Of a stretch of 64,000 nucleotides of DNA, positions 31,045-40,337 are shown piece after piece. How positions within the stretch are numbered: position 1 is the stretch's first letter; every line of letters starts with the position of its first letter. Both the position numbers and the translations under genes were made by a program. Location of the stretch: positions 124,001 through 188,000 of IMG/VR virus record IMGVR_UViG_3300010885_025649, one strand, 5' to 3'. The notes beneath the pieces were generated by a model. That model ran no database searches, had not been told where the DNA came from, and saw nothing but the letters and a program-made list of their open reading frames with translations.

Positions 31045-31341
31045 TTATTTGGCAACAAATTCCCTGCAACCTCTATCTACACTGTGCGGATTAACCGCAC
31101 ACGACAACGCGGAGCTAAAGCTGTAATACTTACAGCCATAACAAGGCCTTAAAGCCTTTACAATCTCCCAGTCTTCCTCCGAACAGTAGCCTGAGGCTAG
31201 AAAGAAACTAACCTCCTGCTCCGCATACTCAGCTTGACGCTCTTCCTCTTGAGCACAGAGAAGGGCAAGGGCATCAGCCATAATCTCCCCTTGAGATTGA
31301 TCTTTGATTCCCTGTGCTTCAGCGTGTGTGTAGTAACCCAT
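31045..31341 (-). CDS. early protein with C-terminal CxxC..CAVNP..C module
   Basis: PCYGCKYY...SCAVNP...GCREF. Confidence 0.8.
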   Translation of the reverse strand: MGYYTHAEAQGIKDQSQGEIMADALALLCAQEEERQAEYAEQEVSFFLASGYCSEEDWEIVKALRPCYGCKYYSFSSALSCAVNPHSVDRGCREFVAK

Positions 31342-31452
31342 GGTGCATCTCCATTACGCCACAAATCGAGGTGGCTAAATAAAGAGTCGGTATATACAGA
31401 AAGAAAGTCGTTAACTCCTAGGGAAACTAGGATAAGTTAACGACTAGATTAA

Positions 31453-31758
31453 TTAAGCGGTGTAATAGTCAACTACAACCAAATTGCCTTTCAAGAAGGC
31501 AACAAGATCATAGTACTCGCCTTTATTAACATAAATCAAAACCTTCTTAGCCCCAAGAGCCAAGAAAGCTTGAAGCATTTCGCATGCGGTTGCATGTGAG
31601 AGGTTTTTGAACTTGGTGCGATTAGCACCAGTGTTGTAATCTTGCTTAGCCGCACGGAAGCGATTATGCTTGAGGACTAGCACTTGGCGATCCTCCACCT
31701 CTGAAAACGAGATGCAAAAGGTCAACGCTGGGGTGATAACATTATGTTCTTGTAACAT
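31453..31758 (-). CDS. hypothetical early protein
   Basis: Start MLQEH after the conserved leader and GGAG. Confidence 0.75.
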   Translation of the reverse strand: MLQEHNVITPALTFCISFSEVEDRQVLVLKHNRFRAAKQDYNTGANRTKFKNLSHATACEMLQAFLALGAKKVLIYVNKGEYYDLVAFLKGNLVVVDYYTA

Positions 31759-31833
31759 GTGTCTCTCCAATAAGCCGCCTTTAAAAGAGGGCGAACTCAA
31801 ATAAAGAGTCGGGGTTTCCCCCGACTTGTTTAT

Positions 31834-32001
31834 TTAGATCTTACCATTCTTAAGAATGGCCTCCTCCCATTCTTGCATAGCCATCCCGAAGACGATCTCC
31901 TGATCATCTTCAGGCGCAGCAGCGGCTGCTGCATATGCTTTGCACACTAGCATAAATAACAACCACTGCTGAGCAGTGGGAGTTACACAATAAACTCTCA
32001 T
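31834..32001 (-). CDS. 55-aa early protein (not in ORF track)
   Basis: MRVYCVTPTAQQWLLF...NGKI after the conserved leader + GGAG. Confidence 0.7.
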   Translation of the reverse strand: MRVYCVTPTAQQWLLFMLVCKAYAAAAAAPEDDQEIVFGMAMQEWEEAILKNGKI

Positions 32002-32225
32002 GTTCTCTCCAATAAGCCACCTTTAAAAGAGGGTAGCTCAAATAAAGAGTCGCGTTATCACACACAATAATTATGGAACTCTATACTTGGGTCGTTATAG
32101 GTAGGCAACAGCCACACCAACGCTAGCGTTAACCAAACTAAACATGTAACAACTAATCAAAAGCCTGCTCATGATTAACCCTCCAAAGTAAGTGGGAGGA
32201 AGGCCCCCCACTTTAGACAGGTTAA

Positions 32226-32369
32226 TTATTTCTTAGCTGCGGCAGCTTCTTCATCACGCTCATCTTGAAGCCATTGCTCCCAGTAAGCATCCATCTGGAG
32301 CTTATGAATCCACAGATTCCAAGCCAGTGTGTGGTTCACCAACTTGACAATCATCTTCACTTTAGTCAT
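32226..32369 (-). CDS. 47-aa early protein (not in ORF track)
   Basis: MTKVKMIVKL...AAAAKK after leader + GGAG. Confidence 0.65.
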   Translation of the reverse strand: MTKVKMIVKLVNHTLAWNLWIHKLQMDAYWEQWLQDERDEEAAAAKK

Positions 32370-32446
32370 GGTACTCTCCAATGACTCACCTTTAAAAGAG
32401 GGCAAGTCAAAGAAAAGGTCGGGATTTCTCCCAACCTTTTAATCAA

Positions 32447-32869
32447 TTAAACAGTGTAATCACGGCACAAAGTGCCAAACCCTAGGGGGTTTACAGTACA
32501 CGGAAGCCGCCACTCCCCGGTGGCGTATTTACACGCCTCACAGGGATTAGGTTCCTGTTCCGCACACCAACGGTTGTAAGCTTCTACCGCATCTGGCTCA
32601 AGCTGTTCATCTTGAGCAAGGTGGTAGGCCTCCCGGCGCTCTTGCTCCGTCAGCTCCCGCGGGTCTAACCATGCGTCATAAGCGGGAGAGTTCTCCCAAA
32701 GACACATAGCGATTTCTTCCCGAATCGCCCGTTGGCGATCAGTGAGCAGACGAGTTGGAACTCCGACCCAAGGATCTTGCAGCACAGACTGCTTAGCAGC
32801 CCAGCGCTCAAAATCCCAGTGGTTTTGGTTGACCAAAACGATCTTGGTAGCCTGAGTAACTTTAAACAT
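32447..32869 (-). CDS. early protein with C-terminal Cys module
   Basis: MFKVTQ start; CEACKY...PCTVNP...CRDYTV. Confidence 0.8.
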   Translation of the reverse strand: MFKVTQATKIVLVNQNHWDFERWAAKQSVLQDPWVGVPTRLLTDRQRAIREEIAMCLWENSPAYDAWLDPRELTEQERREAYHLAQDEQLEPDAVEAYNRWCAEQEPNPCEACKYATGEWRLPCTVNPLGFGTLCRDYTV

Positions 32870-32973
32870 TTGCGCTCCTTTAATAGTGGAGGACAAATAA
32901 AGAGTCGATAATACTTATCCTAGAAAAGAAGTCGGCAATCCCTAGAGAAACTAGGATAGATTGCCAACTCAAA

Positions 32974-33486
32974 TTACCACTTCATGGTAGCCTTAGACCA
33001 GCCATCCGGAGCTGCATCTAATACTTCCATCAGATCTCCCGCCAGGTGGTAGCTAGCAGGAGAGGGCTTTCCAGAAGGCAAGGTCAGCTTCTGAGGCTCT
33101 TCAGCCTCGAAGTCAACCTGAAGAAATAAACGCACCATTGCATCTATTCCTATAGCTTTGGAAAGCCGAAAGGGAGGTAAGTTGCCCCGGTACGAAACCG
33201 GCGATAGCGTCACGTCAACGCCAATCACACGATTCTCATACTGAAAGACCACATCAGCACCGTATACCCAATCCAGAATGGACCGGGCAGAACAGGTGTT
33301 GATAGGTCTCCCAATGATCCCCTCCAAGCTTTTCAGCTTACGAACACCTAAGAACCGCTGAGCGGTAGCTAGAAGTTCGACTTCGCTTGGACGAGGCCAT
33401 GAGGCAAAGGTAGAGGGATGCAGCTCAATCAAACGAATGAACTGCAACTCAACTACCTTAGGATCGTAATACCCATCTTGGGACAT
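32974..33486 (-). CDS. hypothetical early protein, possible PD-(D/E)XK fold
   Basis: YGADVVF...IGVDVT motif. Confidence 0.6.
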   Translation of the reverse strand: MSQDGYYDPKVVELQFIRLIELHPSTFASWPRPSEVELLATAQRFLGVRKLKSLEGIIGRPINTCSARSILDWVYGADVVFQYENRVIGVDVTLSPVSYRGNLPPFRLSKAIGIDAMVRLFLQVDFEAEEPQKLTLPSGKPSPASYHLAGDLMEVLDAAPDGWSKATMKW

Positions 33487-33619
33487 ACGAGTTCCTCTTG
33501 TATTGTGCCAACTCTTGGACGACCACACCAAGAGTAAGAACTACTGACACAGGATTGTAGGACTCAGAAAGAAAGTCGCTAACTTCTAGGGAAACTAGAA
33601 TAGGTTAGCGACTAATTAA

Positions 33620-33874
33620 TTACGCGTAGTAACGGCAGGAGCTGCCATTAGCACGGGCGGTACGGCCCGCACGATCAAACTTGACGCGGCTTTTGCCGTC
33701 ACGGTTGTTTTTGCTACGGCTAAAGCAGGAACGGCAAGCGCTGGGATTACCCCAGAACCCGCCGTCAAACTTGGCATCGCCTGCCAAGAAGGTTCCGGAA
33801 GCAACGTAATAAAAGAAGGTGTTACCACCTTTCCCGTATACGTAGCTTTCCTCATCGTGAGTAACTTTAAACAT
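33620..33874 (-). CDS. early protein, basic Cys-containing
   Basis: MFKVTH start after AAAGGAG. Confidence 0.7.
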   Translation of the reverse strand: MFKVTHDEESYVYGKGGNTFFYYVASGTFLAGDAKFDGGFWGNPSACRSCFSRSKNNRDGKSRVKFDRAGRTARANGSSCRYYA

Positions 33875-33958
33875 TTGCACTCCTTTAATAGTGGAGAACA
33901 AATAAATAGTCGATATATACAGAAAAGAAGTCGAGGGAAGGCCCCTCAACTTCATTAA

Positions 33959-34531
33959 TTAACGTTTACGCGCCGCCCGAAGGTGGAATACAAAACGACT
34001 GGGTAAACGATAGCGTTCTGTAAGCGGATCACTCAGGACTGAGATCAGAAGATCCCAATCCCTCTTGGGTAGGGAAGCCACCTTAGGCATTATATCAAAT
34101 AACACCCCTGCATCACAAACCCTCCATCTATACCTGATGAAGTTCAGATCTCCATCAAGAAGGTATTCTCTACGCAGGCAAGGTTTTACCTTACCATTGT
34201 AGTAAACAGAGATTACTCCTCCATCCCGGCGAATGCCAAAGTATGCATTTCTCATTTGTATGAGAATGTATACTAAAGCATTAATTAGCATAAAGTGCGC
34301 ATGCACTCGCCCATTATACTTGAAGGGAACTTTAGGCCCCACATCAAATATAATGTCAACATCTGGAAGAAACCCATAGTGGCAGGCTTCCCAAGCCGTG
34401 GCCACCCCGGAGATGGGGAGCCACACCAACACATCCCCTGTAGACAGGGTTACTGTCCGAGTGATTTCAAAATCAAAGGGACACGAAATAAACTGAGCAT
34501 ACTGCTCATTTGAAAGCATGTAGTGTTTCAT
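33959..34531 (-). CDS. hypothetical early protein (paralogue of 35672-36310)
   Basis: Shared C-terminus KR(D/E)(W/Y)D.LI..LS.P...LRAARK. Confidence 0.75.
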   Translation of the reverse strand: MKHYMLSNEQYAQFISCPFDFEITRTVTLSTGDVLVWLPISGVATAWEACHYGFLPDVDIIFDVGPKVPFKYNGRVHAHFMLINALVYILIQMRNAYFGIRRDGGVISVYYNGKVKPCLRREYLLDGDLNFIRYRWRVCDAGVLFDIMPKVASLPKRDWDLLISVLSDPLTERYRLPSRFVFHLRAARKR

Positions 34532-34731
34532 GGCTTTTTAAACTCCCTTTAGAGTACAGGTAACCACACCTGGAGTCCACAAAAGGGATGAACTCAGAAA
34601 AGAAGTCGTAGCTAGCCCCATCATGGCGTTCAGCTACGACTATCTTAGATATACTCTCTCCTATGCGGTTATTGCAGTAGTACGAGAGCTTCTGTTCCCA
34701 GGCTTATTCAGCCCGATGTATAGAGAAACTC

Positions 34732-34926
34732 TTAGCGGATGTAGATCCGTTTCTGAGTTTTCTCTACTGTGCAAGTTGCGCTATTAAACGCAGGATCGCA
34801 CAGGGTATACAACAGTTGATATTCTTGGCGAACATCTTTGTACTGTGTATTACCTACATACACACTATATCCTTGGTACATGACCAAGTGGATAAGTGTG
34901 CTTAGAGAGATTAGTAATGGGTGCAT
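34732..34926 (-). CDS. hypothetical early protein
   Basis: 64 aa with GGAG RBS. Confidence 0.6.
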   Translation of the reverse strand: MHPLLISLSTLIHLVMYQGYSVYVGNTQYKDVRQEYQLLYTLCDPAFNSATCTVEKTQKRIYIR

Positions 34927-35098
34927 TACTAACTCCGTAAGTCCCTCCGAGTAACGTCCTTAGGGGTCTACGTATCCGCTATTAATTCTCTTCGACAAGA
35001 GAACCACAGGTTAAACCCGGAGTTGACGGATAAAGTGCAACTCAAATAAAGAGTCGGAACTTCCTAGGGAAACTAGGATAAAGCTCCGACTATATCAC

Positions 35099-35554
35099 TT
35101 AAACTGTGTAGTCACGACACCCCTGCCCAAAGGCCAGGGGATTTACGCCACAAGGGAGGAGAGCCTCCCCTGTGGCGTATACACAGCCCTTGCAAAGGTT
35201 TTCCGACTCCGGATATGCCGGTGGCGGACTATATAATTGGTATGCCGGGTGAAGGGCAATATTGCCCTCAAATACCGGTGGCAGATCTTGCCACCGGTCC
35301 TCCCACACCCATACCGTTATGTGACATGCCCAGAAGGGCAGTAACGGTATGGCACCGTCTGCATCCTGCACAGGCAGGATGACCATATAATTATTAAATT
35401 GCGGATCCTGATAGTGGATCCGAACGCGGGGAGTTTCCCTCGCCTCAATCTTAGCCGTGCTAAGATTAAGGTTGGCTTGGGCTTTCGCCCGTTTTGCTGC
35501 ATACGCAGCGTATCCGGGAAACGTAGCCAATGTAGCCAGGTTGGTACGTGCCAT
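35099..35554 (-). CDS. early protein with C-terminal Cys module
   Basis: CKGCVYATGE..LPCGVNP...CRDYTV. Confidence 0.8.
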   Translation of the reverse strand: MARTNLATLATFPGYAAYAAKRAKAQANLNLSTAKIEARETPRVRIHYQDPQFNNYMVILPVQDADGAIPLLPFWACHITVWVWEDRWQDLPPVFEGNIALHPAYQLYSPPPAYPESENLCKGCVYATGEALLPCGVNPLAFGQGCRDYTV

Positions 35555-35671
35555 GTGTCTCTCCAATAAGCCGCCTTTAAAAGAGGGCAGCTCAAATAAA
35601 GAGTCGATAATACTTATCCTAGAAAAGAAGTCGGAACTTCCTAGGGAAACTAGGATAAAGCTCCGACTTAG

Positions 35672-36310
35672 TTATGCTTTACGAGCAGCACGAAGGCGCG
35701 CCACTAAATCTTTAGGCACTTGACGACAAGGACCAGACAAGATACCTATCAAGGTATCATACTCTCGCTTTGAAAACGCGTCCATCCCAGCGATTAGCCA
35801 GGACTCTCCATCGGGACGTTCAACCCTCCAACCGGTGTTAACCGGCACTGGGGACCAAGTCCACCAGCTACCATGAGGTAAGGTAGACTTATGCAGCAAG
35901 GCATAAATCTTGTTACCCCGCTCTAAGTAAAGCGTGTTTCCACTAATTTCTAGCCTCAAACTAAACCTGACCAAGATCTTGATCACCGTGGCAAGGTGCC
36001 ACTTATATACGTAAAGCTTAACATTGTAGCGGTTAATCTCCGGTGGCTCAACGGGAGCCAACATTACTGCGGCTACCCAAAGGAGGCAGCGCACCGCTGC
36101 TGGAGGGCAACTTACACCCTCCGCATAGTACGAGCCAGGGGCTAGACACCCCGGAATTTGTGATACCTGTAGGAGAGCGGTATAGCCCTCCTTGGGAATG
36201 AGTAGAATAACTCGACCCATGGTTGTGGGCACGACGGCCCTCACATTAAAGTCAAACATCCCGGTCAGGATGGACGAAACTTTTTCTTCGGTCACGTTTA
36301 CTTTAAACAT
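35672..36310 (-). CDS. hypothetical early protein
   Basis: MFKVN start; paralogue of 33959-34531. Confidence 0.75.
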   Translation of the reverse strand: MFKVNVTEEKVSSILTGMFDFNVRAVVPTTMGRVILLIPKEGYTALLQVSQIPGCLAPGSYYAEGVSCPPAAVRCLLWVAAVMLAPVEPPEINRYNVKLYVYKWHLATVIKILVRFSLRLEISGNTLYLERGNKIYALLHKSTLPHGSWWTWSPVPVNTGWRVERPDGESWLIAGMDAFSKREYDTLIGILSGPCRQVPKDLVARLRAARKA

Positions 36311-36473
36311 CTTGATGTCTCCAATAAGCCGCCTTTAAAAGAGGGCGAACTCAAATAAAGAGTCGATAATACTTATCCTAGAAAAACTGTCGAATGTAGT
36401 GCTAGTACATCCGACAGCTTGGTGGTCAGTTATTTAGATTGTCTATCCTCGCAGACCTACGAGGGTTAATTGG

Positions 36474-36917
36474 TTACGGGCTATCCGCGCATAAATCTTC
36501 AATGATGCTTAATACATCATCAAAGTCCTGTGCAGGAAATACAACCCCTAACGAAGTGATGACAGCCCAATTAAAGCCATCATGTTCGTAGAAGCCGTAC
36601 ACACCCAACTTAAATGTGCCGATAACGACATCTAAGCTAAGTGGTTCCACCACAGGAGGTGCCACAGAATAACCCATAAGTACCTGTCCCCAGATGCCCA
36701 GGTCCGTGGCATAACCCTGAATAGCAGGATTAAGCCCATCGCCATAGGCCCAGTGCAGATGCAGGTCTTCAATAACCTCATGAACGGTAATACGAGTACC
36801 ATCCTTGAAGGCCTTGAATCCCCACACCTCACCTTGTGGGTTATAGATTTGCTCAACAGTAATGTTAAGCTCCTCTACAACCCCAACTGGTGGCAGGAAG
36901 AAATGGAGTTTATCCAT
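36474..36917 (-). CDS. hypothetical acidic early protein
   Basis: MDKLHF start with AAGGAG. Confidence 0.7.
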   Translation of the reverse strand: MDKLHFFLPPVGVVEELNITVEQIYNPQGEVWGFKAFKDGTRITVHEVIEDLHLHWAYGDGLNPAIQGYATDLGIWGQVLMGYSVAPPVVEPLSLDVVIGTFKLGVYGFYEHDGFNWAVITSLGVVFPAQDFDDVLSIIEDLCADSP

Positions 36918-37197
36918 GTTCTCCTTTCTCCCGCGTGCAGATAACCAGCTAGTTATCCTACGTCTTATGGAGTTCAATCAACAAATAAAGAGTCGATAAT
37001 AATTAATCTAGAAAAGAAGTCGCTAACCCCTAGAGACTAGGATAAGTTAGCGACTTAACTTTTAGAAGCTAAAGTACGCGATGATCATCGCTATAATAGC
37101 GATGAACAAAGAACCTTCAGCAATCTTCTTCAACACAGAAATCACCTCCTTAGGTGTGTACCTAAAGAAGAGGTCGGGGTATTCCCCCGACCTACTA

Positions 37198-37746
37198 TTA
37201 ATCTTTACTAAACGTTAAGACACCTCCAGTATCAAGGTAGATACGAAGGATTTCCCAATCGCTTTTATACGATAGGTGTGGAAGGAGTTTTTGAAGATCT
37301 CCTTTCATACCCATACGTATAAGCAAATCTGGGGTTTGGAGCCACGAACTCCAGTTGAGTTGGTTTGTGCAGTGACTAAACCAATCATTATCTAAATTGC
37401 CCGTACGAGCAAGTTGACTGATTTGGGAATCAGTCAAGGTGTAAAACTTCTTATCCCGCGCTTTAAGCGGGACAATGAGTTTCCCGGGTAGAGCATTAGG
37501 CCCCACCTGTGCAGCAACTCTCTGCTGTACCCGGATCTCCCCTAAAGGAGTGCCCACGATTCCCCACCAAAGATGGAACAAATCATGAACAGAAGGTACT
37601 GCTGCCCCCTGTTCAATGTACCACTGACAAAGGGAACCCCCCCCTTGTAGTCTAAATAACTTTATGGGACATTGTTGCTCCGCGTCATCAACGCGGATAA
37701 ACAATAGCGAGCCCATCCGGTGACCACTCTTCTTAGATAATCCCAT
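37198..37746 (-). CDS. hypothetical early protein
   Basis: 182 aa with RBS. Confidence 0.7.
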   Translation of the reverse strand: MGLSKKSGHRMGSLLFIRVDDAEQQCPIKLFRLQGGGSLCQWYIEQGAAVPSVHDLFHLWWGIVGTPLGEIRVQQRVAAQVGPNALPGKLIVPLKARDKKFYTLTDSQISQLARTGNLDNDWFSHCTNQLNWSSWLQTPDLLIRMGMKGDLQKLLPHLSYKSDWEILRIYLDTGGVLTFSKD

Positions 37747-37836
37747 GATCCTCTCCCTGGAGTACCTCTACGAAATTGTAGAGCAGTAGTCCAAGAAAAA
37801 GAGTCGGAGGTTGCTAGCCTCCAACTCTTTATTTAC

Positions 37837-38241
37837 TTATTGCGGTGGGAATTCAAAGAACTCCACGATGGTAGTCAACGGGAGGTGCACCCATTTAGAG
37901 TAATGCACCTCCGTTAACATAACATTTGACGCATAGGGCAGGGTGCCCTCAGTCATGGAGAGTGTAATATGAGGGTGCGTGTTATCGCACACCTCCTGGA
38001 TCTCCTCAGGAAGGAGAACTGACAGGGCTTGCACCCTATCATCGTGGTGTGACAGCATAGCTGTCACAATAAGCTGCTGACCAAGCAGGTGTTGATAGCC
38101 GACGCTATCAACCCCGAACTTGAGCGTGCAATGGAAGTGTTTAGCTTCCACTGGAAACTCGAAGTTCACAGCAGCTTTGACTGCTGCGATGGCCTCAGCA
38201 GTCAAAGAAAGCCAAAGAATTCCCTTTGCCATGTCATTCAC
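37837..38241 (-). CDS. 2H phosphoesterase
   Basis: Two HxT motifs: HCTLKFG and PHITLS. Confidence 0.8.
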   Translation of the reverse strand: MNDMAKGILWLSLTAEAIAAVKAAVNFEFPVEAKHFHCTLKFGVDSVGYQHLLGQQLIVTAMLSHHDDRVQALSVLLPEEIQEVCDNTHPHITLSMTEGTLPYASNVMLTEVHYSKWVHLPLTTIVEFFEFPPQ

Positions 38242-38317
38242 CTGGGGTGTGAAAGATTTGCCCCAGAAAAGAAGTCGGTAATCCCTAGAGAAACTAGGAT
38301 AGATTACCGACAGCTAG

Positions 38318-38665
38318 CTACAGGTAGACCCTGCAGTTAGTCAGGAGTATAGGATACTCCTCTCTTAACCAATCTCGATCCTCCTCTAAAAGAGGGACAG
38401 GATCCTCATTATCAATACGATAATGAGTGGCACGATTGCACACCTCATCACCGTTCATTATATCTTCAACAATGTAACCATCTAAGGTTACAAACTCACT
38501 GTTAAACATGGAGCAAAGCTCCTGTGTAATATAGCTCTTACTCCTAAAAGGAGTAATGGGGCCTAAGTCCCCATTGTTAATTTGATCTCTCTCGACTGTA
38601 TCCCGGGTAACTTTACCCACAGCCAGTAAACAAAACTCATAGGCCTCAGCAGTAAACTTGATCAT
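38318..38665 (-). CDS. hypothetical early protein
   Basis: 115 aa with AAGGAGG RBS. Confidence 0.75.
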   Translation of the reverse strand: MIKFTAEAYEFCLLAVGKVTRDTVERDQINNGDLGPITPFRSKSYITQELCSMFNSEFVTLDGYIVEDIMNGDEVCNRATHYRIDNEDPVPLLEEDRDWLREEYPILLTNCRVYL

Positions 38666-38773
38666 GGTGAACCTCCTTGACAGAGAGGGGAACCACCCCG
38701 AGATCTTTAATAGAGGATCTCAGAAAAAGAGTCGAAGACTATAAGAGGAGGCTCTTACAATCTTCGACTCCAG

Positions 38774-39112
38774 TTAGGCATCATAAACAAGGGTATTACC
38801 CCCAGCTTTCTGAAAGCCTAAACTTAAGAAGGCCAAGCTCCGATGCTCAGCCAAGCCATCCCCCTCATAAGGAATGGCCATTACTTCAACCCCAGCCAAG
38901 GGGCCAGCGGTCCATTGGCTGAAGGTACGACAAAGCCATCGTACAATCCGGACTTTCGTCCTAACTTCAGCACTAACAATAGTATAACTATTATTAATGC
39001 TAAAGCTAATAGACCCCGAGCTTGCAGTCCCACGGAACTCAAGCTCAACGGCAACCCCATCAATTAGGGTTACCGCTTTGATAATGTCTAGTTCCATATT
39101 AGAAACTATCAC
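38774..39112 (-). CDS. early protein, GNAT-like C-terminus (paralogue of 39411-39803)
   Basis: AIPYEGDG...R..F.SLGF. Confidence 0.65.
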   Translation of the reverse strand: MIVSNMELDIIKAVTLIDGVAVELEFRGTASSGSISFSINNSYTIVSAEVRTKVRIVRWLCRTFSQWTAGPLAGVEVMAIPYEGDGLAEHRSLAFLSLGFQKAGGNTLVYDA

Positions 39113-39410
39113 AACAGAAAAAGAGTCGAGGCAGTTGCCCCGACATCTTAGTTAGAATTTCTTACCCGCGCTAACTACGCGGACACCCCTAAAGTCCAGC
39201 CCCAAGCTGGTCTAGGGTGATGAACCCTAGCCTCCAAGCTTGAAGCCAACAGTTGGAAGGGGTGCACTCCTCAACTGTTGTGAACATCTTCACTACCAAC
39301 TGGCGCTCAGCATCAGTCAGTAACAAAGCTAACTGTGGGCACATAAAGAATCACCTCCTTAAGGTTATGCTCACAGAAAAGAAGTCGAAGGGAAGGCCCT
39401 CCAACTTCTT

Positions 39411-39803
39411 TTAGGTGATAAGAAAATAACTATCACCATACTCGGCAAAGCCGAGTGAATCAAGAAATTTGCAGCGGACACTGTGATGGCCATCACCATC
39501 ACAGGGAAACGCGCAAACAATGGTGTTTGCGGGGAGACCCGCGATGTGTGCTTTTACAGCACGGTACGCGGTACGGACCGCGCTTGTTGGGACGACGCTG
39601 TGGTTAGCAGCATTGTAACCAACGGAGCCATTAACATCTGCATCGAGGACGATGCAGCTGACGTAATCATCACCGAAGAAGTCTTCGGTGACGAAGAAGT
39701 TGACGCTAAGCGCGCCAACGGTGATATCAGCATTGAAGCTGACATCAACAGGAGTATTAGATACTCCTGCTTTGAGATTAGTAAGTTGGCGAATGGTATT
39801 CAT
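39411..39803 (-). CDS. early protein, GNAT-like C-terminus
   Basis: AFPCDGDG...R.KFLDSLGF. Confidence 0.7.
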   Translation of the reverse strand: MNTIRQLTNLKAGVSNTPVDVSFNADITVGALSVNFFVTEDFFGDDYVSCIVLDADVNGSVGYNAANHSVVPTSAVRTAYRAVKAHIAGLPANTIVCAFPCDGDGHHSVRCKFLDSLGFAEYGDSYFLIT

Positions 39804-40130
39804 TCCCCCCCTCCTTCTGTTACCCAGATTAGGTAACTCAAATAAAAAGTCGGAGGATACAGAAAGAAAGTCGTTAACTCCTAGGGAAACTAGGATAAGT
39901 TAACGACTAGTCACTTAAGGGCAGCGATAAACGATGCAGATGGCTGCATCGAGAGTAGCCAAATACAGGGCTAATCCAACGTTGACAAGAATCGCGGCGA
40001 GGGCCGCGATTAAAATATCCAATGCGTATTTGCGCATGGTGTCTCCTTGTTACCCAGATTAGGTAACTCAAATAAAAAGTCGGTATATACAGAAAAGAAG
40101 TCGGTAACCAAGGGGTTACCGACTATGAGA

Positions 40131-40337
40131 TTAGAATCCAAGGGCGCTAAGGCCATCTTGGATTGTCTTGAGTCTAGTTGGGGTGGTACGATACCCCCCT
40201 GCTAGACAGACAAGATGAAAATATAAATCTGGGTTTTTTGTACAAAACGGATTTGCCGAGTATACGGTATCCACCGAAGGGGTGAACACGGAAACGGAAA
40301 CGGAAACAATCAAAACAAAACGGATTAACTTTGACAT
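40131..40337 (-). CDS. first early gene, possible signal peptide
   Basis: 68 aa, AAGGAG RBS, behind the outermost conserved box. Confidence 0.65.
   Translation of the reverse strand: MSKLIRFVLIVSVSVSVFTPSVDTVYSANPFCTKNPDLYFHLVCLAGGYRTTPTRLKTIQDGLSALGF

Noticed and set aside
12417-39903. Numerous plus-strand ORFs overlapping minus-strand genes (e.g. 29595-30197, 26267-26689, 23507-23887)
   Set aside because: Shadow ORFs of GC-richer coding sequence, with no RBS or motifs
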